A DNA stretch of 64,000 nt from NCBI GenBank assembly GCA_949045875.1, contig CARPYP010000008.1, positions 3,747 to 67,746 of the forward strand, given 5' to 3'. Source of the stretch: an uncultured Clostridia bacterium. Its GTDB lineage: Bacteria > Bacillota > Clostridia > TANB77 > CAG-508. Below the pieces are notes generated by a model. It had not been told where the DNA came from and searched no databases. It was given only the letters and a program-made list of their open reading frames with translations. This document shows, piece after piece, positions 56,900 to 64,000 of the stretch; the stretch's first letter is position 1, and each line of letters begins with the position of its first letter. The translations under genes and the position numbers were made by a program.

Positions 56900-57550
56900 T
56901 TATATTAATAACTTTTCAAGGTTAGATTGAATTTTGGGCTGAAATTCTATAAAATATCTTTTTATTTTCTCCCAATCATAGTCAACAAAATTTTGTGGTA
57001 ATATTTCTTGCTCAGCATCTTCAAAATAGCTTAATCCCATTATGATATTAGCATAATTTATGTTTTCTCCACATTTTTGTAATAATCCATTCGCTAACTC
57101 TAAAATCATAATATCACTTTTAGTAAGTATATTATATAAGTCAAAAAAGTCTTTTTTAGCTCCTCTTCCTCCTATTGCAACTAACTTCATTACTGCTATA
57201 TCTAATATACTTGCTAGTTTTAATTTAGGCATTTCTTCTGGTATAATAAGATTTTTAATTATTTTATTTGGATAATAAAAAAAACTAATTTGTACTCCAT
57301 TTACTATTACATCACATGTTCCTTTCTGATTTTGTTTAACCTCCATTGTTCCCAATTTTCCTAACTCTTCTAATAATATTTCATTATTAAATTGTTCTGG
57401 CACACAAAAGTCAAAATCAAATGATTCCCTTAAACCTAATTGCAGTGATAATGCTGTACCACCTATCATATAATAGTTAGGTATACTTACCATTTCTATT
57501 ATATTATTCAGTAATTTATATCTATCATTATCAATTATATTCCAATACAT
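56900..57550 (-). CDS. nucleotidyltransferase, AbiEii/AbiGii-toxin-like
   Basis: IGGTALSLQLGLRESFDFDFCVP resembles the GGTAL...R.S.D.DF motif of AbiEii-type NTases. 216 aa. The start overlaps the upstream stop (TAATG). Confidence 0.6.
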   Translation of the reverse strand: MYWNIIDNDRYKLLNNIIEMVSIPNYYMIGGTALSLQLGLRESFDFDFCVPEQFNNEILLEELGKLGTMEVKQNQKGTCDVIVNGVQISFFYYPNKIIKNLIIPEEMPKLKLASILDIAVMKLVAIGGRGAKKDFFDLYNILTKSDIMILELANGLLQKCGENINYANIIMGLSYFEDAEQEILPQNFVDYDWEKIKRYFIEFQPKIQSNLEKLLI

Positions 57551-57846
57551 TATTTATTCACTCTCCAGTATTCATAATTCATAGCTGTAGTCCATATATA
57601 ATATGCCATTTCCTCCTTTTTTAAGCTAAATTGTTGCTTTAGATAATTCGCTACTAATGGTTTTAAGTTTCTACAATTTCTTGCAACATCTTCTATATCT
57701 TCATTACTATAGTTCTCTTTTACCCATCTTAGCGCTTTTAAATCTCCATAGCAATATAATCTGGAAATTATATACCTTTTATTTTTTTGTATATCTAATT
57801 TTTCAAATTTTGTATCCCAAAAATATTTTTTTAATTCCTCTGGCAT
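57550..57846 (-). CDS. 98-aa putative cognate antitoxin (DUF6922-like)
   Basis: Translationally coupled upstream partner of the NTase gene. RBS AGGAGGTAAAT-ATG. Family name is from memory of similar gene pairs and is not verified. Confidence 0.45.
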   Translation of the reverse strand: MPEELKKYFWDTKFEKLDIQKNKRYIISRLYCYGDLKALRWVKENYSNEDIEDVARNCRNLKPLVANYLKQQFSLKKEEMAYYIWTTAMNYEYWRVNK

Positions 57847-57861
57847 ATTTACCTCCTAATA

Positions 57862-57942
57862 TTAGAATATTATTACAAATAATATGGCTATACCTAGTAT
57901 AATTATTATATTTCTCTCTTTTTTATTTAATTTTTCTTTCAT
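57862..57942 (-). pseudogene. 5' stub (26 codons) of a third FGE/CLec paralog
   Basis: MKEKLNKKERNIIIILGIAILFVIIF*, compared with the paralog 2 N-terminus MKEKLEKRERNIITILGIAILFVIII. It has the same RBS and upstream sequence and is cut off where the TA module begins. Confidence 0.7.
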
Positions 57943-57984
57943 CTTCTGTCCTTCTTTCTTATCTTCGTTTATAGTATAACACAA
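57869..57984 (+). repeat. 116-bp direct repeat, right copy
   Basis: Matches 56747-56862. Together the two copies bracket the AbiEii-like TA pair. Confidence 0.8.
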
Positions 57985-58043
57985 ATTAATTATATAAATA
58001 TATTTTTTTATAAAATTTATATGCAAAAATAAAGATATTCATT

Positions 58044-59237
58044 TCAGTTGGTACATACTTTACCGTATACTCCTCCTCCTCCTGCTTGTAATTTTAGTTT
58101 TCCTTCTCTTCCTAGTATTATCTGGTTTGCAGTTTTTGAGCCTACAATTGCTTCTATATCATCAATTTCTATTTTGTGTAATATATTCATTTCTGTTTCA
58201 AATTGAGCTAAAAGTTTTTCTATTGTTCTTCCTCCTAGTCCTGGTATAAATGTTAATGGTATTTGATATATATATGGTGGTCTAAAGTTGGGACTTTTGC
58301 TTAATTTCTTATCTTTTATCATTTCTATTCTATCAAAAACTCCCATAGTAATATTTTTGCTATCACATGTATCACATTGTGTGACTGGAGCTCTTCCTTC
58401 TATTGTTTTTTCACAGATTTCACAATATGTTCTATGATATTTTCCTAGTTGAGGATTAAGTCCATAATTACATAATATTTTTCTATTATCTTCATTTTTT
58501 AATGCTTTTAATAATTCTTTAAAACTAATATCTTTAACCTGAATTTTATTATATTCCCTTGCAATTTTAGGTAATGAATGTGCATCTGAGTTTGTTAAAA
58601 ATGTACATGTTTCTAGTTCTGATATTTGGTCTGCTAAATATGTATCTGAGCTTAATCCTAATTCTATAGCAAATATTTTGCCAAACTTTTCTTTAAATAT
58701 TTTTTTTAGTCTGTCTGTACAATGTCCATAAAAACTTTTATGTGGCGTAAATGCATGTGCTGGTATTAATATTCCATTATATTTTTCTACTATATCAATT
58801 AATTCATATGCTGATATGTCTGCCCTTTGTGAACTTAATGTTATGTTTGATATATGTTTTTTCATCTCTTCTGAAAAACCTTTTATGTCTTTTAAATGTG
58901 GAAAGTAACACAGATTATGTGCACATCCCTTTTTTCCATCAGGTCTATTTTCTGATGTTTCTATTTCACTTCCTAATATTATACAAAGCTTGTCTTTATA
59001 TATTATTCCACCATCTTCTATTTCATATGCCTCTCCATTTTCTAAAAATTCTTCTATATCTTCTATTACATATGGTGAGGCACAGTCTATTATTCCTGCA
59101 ATGTTTATTCCTTTTCTTTCTACACATTCTTTTGCTATATTTTCAAAGTTTAAACTCCTTGCTGCTGTTATTTTTATTGGTTTATTGTTTTTTGTTCTTC
59201 CTATATGAATGTGTAAGTCTGCAAATATTTCGTACAT
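58044..59237 (-). CDS. endonuclease Q-like PHP-domain protein (TIGR00375 family)
   Basis: MYEIFADLHIHIGRT... (PHP metal-binding start), a later HAFTPH motif, and a C-terminal Cys4 cluster (CEICEK...CDTCDS). Confidence 0.7.
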   Translation of the reverse strand: MYEIFADLHIHIGRTKNNKPIKITAARSLNFENIAKECVERKGINIAGIIDCASPYVIEDIEEFLENGEAYEIEDGGIIYKDKLCIILGSEIETSENRPDGKKGCAHNLCYFPHLKDIKGFSEEMKKHISNITLSSQRADISAYELIDIVEKYNGILIPAHAFTPHKSFYGHCTDRLKKIFKEKFGKIFAIELGLSSDTYLADQISELETCTFLTNSDAHSLPKIAREYNKIQVKDISFKELLKALKNEDNRKILCNYGLNPQLGKYHRTYCEICEKTIEGRAPVTQCDTCDSKNITMGVFDRIEMIKDKKLSKSPNFRPPYIYQIPLTFIPGLGGRTIEKLLAQFETEMNILHKIEIDDIEAIVGSKTANQIILGREGKLKLQAGGGGVYGKVCTN

Positions 59238-59267
59238 TTTTATTATTCCTTTCTTGTATTTATATCT

Positions 59268-59292
59268 TTAAAAGGCACGATATTTCGTGCCC
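59268..59292 (-). terminator. rho-independent terminator
   Basis: GGCACGA-AATA-TCGTGCC followed by TTTT on the minus strand. Confidence 0.6.
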
Positions 59293-59294
59293 TC

Positions 59295-59492
59295 TTATAT
59301 ATTCTTTTCTTTTGTTACTATCTTTCCTCTTAATTCTATTTCTTCAAAGTTATACTTCATTGATATTGCTCCTATTGATGTGTTTTCTTGCTTTATATAT
59401 GTACATAATTTACTTATTCCTTTATTTAGTTTAGTATTGTTTTTAATTTCTCCATTTGTGTCTATATTGTTAGATATTTTAGTTGCTTGCAT
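59295..59492 (-). CDS. 65-aa hypothetical protein
   Basis: Strong RBS GAGGGGG 9 nt upstream. The start overlaps the end of the upstream gene (translational coupling). Confidence 0.45.
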   Translation of the reverse strand: MQATKISNNIDTNGEIKNNTKLNKGISKLCTYIKQENTSIGAISMKYNFEEIELRGKIVTKEKNI

Positions 59493-60030
59493 TTATCATT
59501 ACCCCCTCTTCTTTGTATATAAATTCTTTAAACTCATTTATATATTGATTCTGTACATCTTTTAAGTTTTCATTTAATAATAATTCCATTGCATTTTTAA
59601 TTCCTTGAGAGGCTTTTTCTTCTCCATTTAATAGTAATGCTCCTAAATTATCTACTAATTCTAAGATATCACTTTCTGGTTCTCTAGGTTCTAATCCACT
59701 ATATCTATTTACTCCTTCACAAATACGACAAAATCTTTCATTAAATCCAAACTCTGATAAATATTCTGCTCCATCTTTTGCATAAAATTTAATTTTTTCT
59801 AAGTCTGTTGTACAATTAATTTTCTTGCTTGCATATAATAGACATGCTGTTATTATTAAATTTTCATCGACGTCTAGGCTCATTGTTTCTATAAACATTC
59901 TTGCTAATTCTGCTTTACATATTACTGACTTGTCAAAAAAAGTATTTGCTTTTTTATGTAAATAATATGCTATTTCTATCTTTTTAAAATAGTTATTTTC
60001 ATTTAAGATATATTCAGCAAAACTTTCCAT
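59479..60030 (-). CDS. hypothetical protein, degenerate HD-domain-like
   Basis: ACLLYASKK sits where HD proteins have AALLHDIGK. Start moved to ATG 60030 (GGAGG plus 5 nt). Confidence 0.4.
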   Translation of the reverse strand: MESFAEYILNENNYFKKIEIAYYLHKKANTFFDKSVICKAELARMFIETMSLDVDENLIITACLLYASKKINCTTDLEKIKFYAKDGAEYLSEFGFNERFCRICEGVNRYSGLEPREPESDILELVDNLGALLLNGEEKASQGIKNAMELLLNENLKDVQNQYINEFKEFIYKEEGVMINASN

Positions 60031-60149
60031 TTTATCCTCCATTCATTTGTACTAATATATCCAATATTATATTTCATTTTACTTTATTTTTCAATATATA
60101 ACAAAAAATATAATTATTCTGTAATATTATTGTAACTTTTTTGTAATAT

Positions 60150-60584
60150 TTATAGTTCTTTTATCGCATTACGTGCTAATTCATCACATCTATTATTGTA
60201 TTTATTTGTGCTATGTCCTTTTACTTTTATGAATTTTACTTTATATTTTTTTACTAATAAATCTAATTCTTGCCACAGTTCTTTATTTTTTACTTCTTCT
60301 TTTTGAGAGTTTTTCCATCCATTTTTTTTCCATCCATCTATCCAATGACTATTAAAGGCATTTACTACATATGCACTATCACTATATACTTCAACTTCAC
60401 ACTGCGTTTTTAAGGCTTTTAACCCTTCTAATACTGCTGTTATTTCCATTATATTGTTGGTTGTTTGTTTTACTCCTCCTGATAATTCCTTTTTGCATTC
60501 CTTGTACATAAGTATTGTTCCCCAACCTCCTGGTCCTGGATTACCTGAACATGCTCCATCTGTATATATAATGACTTTTTCCAT
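60150..60584 (-). CDS. rnhA: ribonuclease HI
   Basis: [29 protein letters not shown], and [11 protein letters not shown]. 144 aa. Confidence 0.9.
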   Translation of the reverse strand: MEKVIIYTDGACSGNPGPGGWGTILMYKECKKELSGGVKQTTNNIMEITAVLEGLKALKTQCEVEVYSDSAYVVNAFNSHWIDGWKKNGWKNSQKEEVKNKELWQELDLLVKKYKVKFIKVKGHSTNKYNNRCDELARNAIKEL

Positions 60585-60760
60585 ATTTAATCTCCTTTTA
60601 CTTTTATTATTTTAACTTTTTTTATTATGATTATTTTTTCTCTTTTTACTTCTTATAAATTATACTCTTTTATGTTAATACTTACAATACTTGTTGTTAT
60701 ATTTTCAAAGCAAATAACAGTATTTTACTGATTTCTTCACTTTTCCATTTCTAAAAATTC

Positions 60761-60822
60761 AAAGGCTCTAATCGCTATTGCCTTTAATATTTTCTCATTT
60801 ACATTCGAATACTTAAATCGGC
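60761..60822 (+). repeat. Rep-E family copy
   Basis: AAAGGCTCTAATCGCTATTGCCTTTAATATTTTCTCATTTACATTCGAATACTTAAATCGGC aligns with 7302-7363. Confidence 0.6.
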
Positions 60823-60851
60823 AAAAGAAAAAGTGGCATAGCCACTTTTCT
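60821..60851 (-). terminator. rho-independent terminator of ddh
   Basis: GAAAAAGTGGC-TAT-GCCACTTTTTC followed by TTTTG on the minus strand. Confidence 0.65.
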
Positions 60852-60872
60852 TTTGGGATTATGTTGCCGTTA

Positions 60873-61856
60873 TTAAAGTAATCTTTTTATTAACTCCTCC
60901 TCTGATGATGGACTCATTAACTGAGGTGCAATAGAAAACATGGTTCTTGCTCCGCTTTCGCCATTTTTGTCCATACGGTATGCTGCTCTTGCGACTGCAA
61001 CAAGGATTGCACCTGTGAACTCTGGATTTGAGACAAGGTTTAGTTTATATTCTATAACTTCTTTGTTTCCAGCTCCTGTTACTCCACTGTGAAGTACACT
61101 ACCTCCATGTGGTAATCCTGAATGTTCTCTTAATAGTTCTTCCTCACTGATAAAGTGCACTGTGGTATCATAGTCAGCAAAATAGTTAGGCATATTCTTG
61201 ATTTCTGCTTCTATTTTTGCTCCATCTGCTCCCTCTTCAAGAACTACAAAACATTCTCTTAAATGCTTTTCTCTTGTTGTAAGATTAGGATTTTCTCCGT
61301 TCCTTACACGATTTACCGCTTCTTCGATAGGTATTGTGTATTGACGAGCATCTTTTACTCCTTCAATACGACGTATCGCATCAGAGTGTCCTTGACTAAC
61401 TCCTTTACCCCAGAAGGTATATGTATTGCCTTTTGGCAATATTGCTTCAGCATACAGTCTGTTTAGTGAGAACATTCCTGGATCCCATCCTGCTGAGATA
61501 ACTCCAATGGTTCCTGCTGATTTTGCTACCTCGTCAACTTTCGCATAATGCTCAGGTATTTTAGCGTGTGTGTCAAAACTATCTACTACATTAAACATTT
61601 TTGCTAACATAGGTGTCTGCTCTGGTAGGTCTGTTGCAGACCCTCCACATGCAATCATTACATCTATTTTGCCTTTATATTCTTCAACATTATTTGTCGA
61701 AACTACTGTAATATCTGCTTTTAATTGTGAAACAATATCTACTGGATTTCTTCTTGTAAAAATAGCAACTAATTCCATGTCTGGATTTTGATTTATCGCT
61801 TCTAATACTCCTTTTCCTAGATTTCCAAAACCATAAATTCCAATTTTAATTCCCAT
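60873..61856 (-). CDS. ddh: meso-diaminopimelate D-dehydrogenase
   Basis: MGIKIGIYGFGNLGKGV (Rossmann), CGGSATDLPEQ, WDPGMFS, and FWGKGVSQGHSDA. 327 aa. Confidence 0.9.
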   Translation of the reverse strand: MGIKIGIYGFGNLGKGVLEAINQNPDMELVAIFTRRNPVDIVSQLKADITVVSTNNVEEYKGKIDVMIACGGSATDLPEQTPMLAKMFNVVDSFDTHAKIPEHYAKVDEVAKSAGTIGVISAGWDPGMFSLNRLYAEAILPKGNTYTFWGKGVSQGHSDAIRRIEGVKDARQYTIPIEEAVNRVRNGENPNLTTREKHLRECFVVLEEGADGAKIEAEIKNMPNYFADYDTTVHFISEEELLREHSGLPHGGSVLHSGVTGAGNKEVIEYKLNLVSNPEFTGAILVAVARAAYRMDKNGESGARTMFSIAPQLMSPSSEEELIKRLL

Positions 61857-61891
61857 AATCTTTTTCCTTTCTGAAGACTTATAGACTTCTA

Positions 61892-62071
61892 TTAAAACAA
61901 ATTAGAATGCGTTTCAATATCAAATAATAATAAAACCAATCTTTCTTTTTCAATTTTATATATTAAAACTAAATCATTCAATACATGACAGTCATAATAA
62001 CCCTTTAGGTTTCCATTCAATGGGTGATTTTTATATCTTTCTCTATTTCTTCGAAATTTATTTTGCTGTAA
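61892..62071 (-). pseudogene. yafQ: 5'-truncated YafQ/RelE-family toxin remnant
   Basis: Own translation: ...RYKNHPLNGNLKGYYDCHVLNDLVLIYKIEKERLVLLLFDIETHSNLF*, matching the YafQ C-terminal half (..Y.DH.L.G...G..ECHI..D.LLIY.I......L.R.GSHS.LF). No start codon; its upstream part overlaps the antitoxin ORF in another frame. Confidence 0.65.
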
Positions 62072-62280
62072 TCATGTAGATGACCATATTCACATATATA
62101 AGAACCATGCCCATCATTTAATTCTATAATACCTTTTCTTTTTAGATTAAAAGGTATTCCATTATTTAATTTTATTTGATGTAGAAATAAGTTTATTGCT
62201 TCACTTAAAGATAATCCTAAATCCTCCAATATCGGTGTAACTTCTTTTTTTATATCATCATTTATTCTTACTGTAGACAT
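62017..62280 (-). CDS. dinJ: RelB/DinJ-family antitoxin
   Basis: MSTVRINDDIKKEVTPILEDLGLSLSEAINLFLHQIKLNNGIPFNL. Start set at ATG 62280 (AAAGGA upstream). The C-terminal ~30 aa read through former toxin DNA. Confidence 0.7.
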   Translation of the reverse strand: MSTVRINDDIKKEVTPILEDLGLSLSEAINLFLHQIKLNNGIPFNLKRKGIIELNDGHGSYICEYGHLHDYSKINFEEIEKDIKITH

Positions 62281-62303
62281 ATTAATCATTCCTTTTGCCA
62301 TTC

Positions 62304-62353
62304 TGTATACATTGTACTATATATTGTATACATTTGTCAATAAACTGTATACA
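62304..62353. promoter_or_regulatory. three phased TGTATACA palindromes overlapping the dinJ promoter
   Basis: TGTATACA at 62304, 62325 and 62346, exactly 21 bp apart. TTGACA-18-TACAAT on the minus strand lies among them. Confidence 0.55.
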
Positions 62354-62386
62354 GCTTTATATTATTATTTACAAATAAAAATGATA

Positions 62387-64000
62387 TTATTCTTCTCTAA
62401 TTATATTCTTACTTCCAAAATAAGTTGCTAGGAAATATGCTCCATATATTATCCCCATAACAATTATTGTTGCGATTATTGATGGTAATAAGTCTTTTTT
62501 TTCTGCAAGTCCTGATAAAATTTCTAGCACAAATTGTATTCCGAATATTGAGTGAATTATGGCTAAAATTAATGGTAAACCAAAAAATATTCCTATTTGC
62601 CTAAACAATGCCTTGTTTATCATCTTTTCGTCACAACCTATTTTCCTTAAAATTTCATATCTTTGTTTATTGTCTGAACTTTCTGTTAGCTGCTTTAATG
62701 CTAAAATTGCTGCACTTGCTATTAAAAAGATTATTCCTAAGTAAATTGCTATGAAGGTTACTATTGTTGCTAAACCTACACTTGCTTCCATTATAGATAT
62801 TTTGCTTATTCCAGTAATGTTTAATCCTTTATCAGATAATTTTTGTAATAATTCAGAAGCATCATTTGAAAATATTTCTTCTATTTTTTCTTTTTCTTTA
62901 TCTGTCTTTGCATTATAATTTGCTACTAAAAAGCTTTTCGCTTTTGATTCCTCTGTTAATGCACAGCTATCTGGTACTAAGATAATTCCTGTATTTGTAT
63001 GATTTGTTGATATTGCAATAAATCCATTTTTACATTCATTATATTTTGATTTGTATTGTTTTCCTGCTATTGTAAGTTTATTTCCACCTATACTTAATAC
63101 TTGACTTCTTAATGACGCCATATTATCAAAATTGCAAATTACTATATATTCATCTTCATTTAATTCATATTGCTCTGTTCCATATAATCTAGCTATTCTA
63201 TTATAATCTGATATTTTTATTATTTCTTCTTGTGTACTATAATCCATCATTGCATATAATCGTTTTACATTTCCTATTTCGCTTCCGAAAAATTTTTCTA
63301 TGGTTATTTCATTAGTTGCATATATTGGTATTTCTATTACATCTTTTAATACATTTATATCTAGTCCATTATTTACTAAAGTTTCTTTTACTGTTATTCT
63401 GGAGTCTTCTTGTTGTTCTTTTGAGTATGTTACTTTATTTCCGAATTTATTTATATAACTTTCAGGCAAATTTGCTGTTTTATGTAGGTTTATATCCACT
63501 GGAGTCATTTCTACTAAACCTCTCTCTAGTGTGCTTCTTAAAGCTAAACTAGATGATAAAATTGTGATTGTCATAAATAGCATTAAACAGATTACACTCA
63601 TACTTACTACTGTTGTGTTTATTTTGTTATTTATCTGTCTTAATACAAACATATTTGTACCTTTTAAATATACGTTTTTCATTATTTGTACCATTTTTAA
63701 TATAAATCCTGATAAAGACCAAAATATTCCTAAAGTTCCTACTATTCCCATTAATACTGGTGGTAATAATTTAACAAATTTATTCATAGAGAGAAAATCA
63801 GCTGTTACTTTCCAATAGGCATATCCTAGAATACTTGCAGATACTAAAAATATTAAAATAGATATTATTGGATTTCTCATTTTTATTTCTTCATTTTTCT
63901 TTATAGCATTTAATAAATTTATAAGTTTATATCTTGAAACTGTCATGGTATTAAAAAACATTACTGCAATATACATTACCCCAAAGTAAATGCATGTTTT
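62387..64000 (-). CDS. FtsX-family ABC transporter permease, C-terminal part (5' end beyond the window)
   Basis: The frame is open to position 64000 (…KTCIYFGVMYIAVMFF…). TM helix, large extracytoplasmic loop, then three C-terminal TM helices (FtsX/MacB-type). 538 codons in the window. Confidence 0.75.
   Translation of the reverse strand, partial: KTCIYFGVMYIAVMFFNTMTVSRYKLINLLNAIKKNEEIKMRNPIISILIFLVSASILGYAYWKVTADFLSMNKFVKLLPPVLMGIVGTLGIFWSLSGFILKMVQIMKNVYLKGTNMFVLRQINNKINTTVVSMSVICLMLFMTITILSSSLALRSTLERGLVEMTPVDINLHKTANLPESYINKFGNKVTYSKEQQEDSRITVKETLVNNGLDINVLKDVIEIPIYATNEITIEKFFGSEIGNVKRLYAMMDYSTQEEIIKISDYNRIARLYGTEQYELNEDEYIVICNFDNMASLRSQVLSIGGNKLTIAGKQYKSKYNECKNGFIAISTNHTNTGIILVPDSCALTEESKAKSFLVANYNAKTDKEKEKIEEIFSNDASELLQKLSDKGLNITGISKISIMEASVGLATIVTFIAIYLGIIFLIASAAILALKQLTESSDNKQRYEILRKIGCDEKMINKALFRQIGIFFGLPLILAIIHSIFGIQFVLEILSGLAEKKDLLPSIIATIIVMGIIYGAYFLATYFGSKNIIREE

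Overview
This is a 64-kb chromosomal window from a very AT-rich, endospore-forming Firmicute of the Clostridia type (roughly one-quarter G+C by eye, not computed). It holds about 60 protein genes, almost all on the minus strand. Only one MazF-like gene, tRNA-His/tRNA-Gln, a small membrane protein and tmcAL are on plus.

Content in window order:
- aspS (partial), mltG, a long-form MazF-like gene, tRNA-Thr, sigH, tRNA-His, tRNA-Gln, a second MazF-like module
- a DUF4363/DUF421 pair, an SPFH protein, patatin, an Rsm22-like methyltransferase, a DUF5662-like gene, tmcAL, pyk
- an ArsR-regulated Cd/Zn-type P-type ATPase, groES-groEL with two CIRCE operators, proS, scpB
- a cell-surface cluster (LPXTG mini-protein, Big_2/cadherin-like protein, glucosaminidase-SH3b protein), glgP
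- the spoIIIAA-AH operon, a PflX-like radical SAM gene, relBE, rpsF-ssb-rpsR, rpe, rsgA, prkC, a PP2C phosphatase, rlmN
- a nifS-like desulfurase, glmU, miaB, a DUF4143 ATPase, mutS
- an accessory islet: two paralogous FGE/C-type-lectin-fold membrane proteins, Fic, an AbiEii-like TA pair, and a 5' stub of a third paralog
- an EndoQ-like gene, rnhA, ddh, a dinJ-like antitoxin with a decayed yafQ remnant, and a partial FtsX-type permease

I saw no transposase, integrase, CRISPR array, rRNA or prophage.

Most noteworthy observations:
1. Both FGE/CLec paralogs end in a 99-nt A-depleted, GC-enriched mosaic segment. It has the RGG...GFR architecture of diversity-generating-retroelement (DGR) variable regions, but no RT or template repeat is in the window.
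2. At least five families of short GC-rich palindromic intergenic repeats are present. Two show compensatory stem changes. One is inserted inside the groESL and spoIIIA operons and once in frame inside a CDS.
3. Two long-form MazF-like genes next to tRNA genes each have an adjacent orphan promoter-to-terminator small RNA and no protein antitoxin.
4. The 3' end of proS is duplicated with synonymous recoding around an 84-nt insert.
5. spoIIIAB and the PP2C phosphatase each carry a single-base frameshift in the same C|GGA context.

All coordinates and counts were derived by hand from the printed sequence. No database search was run.
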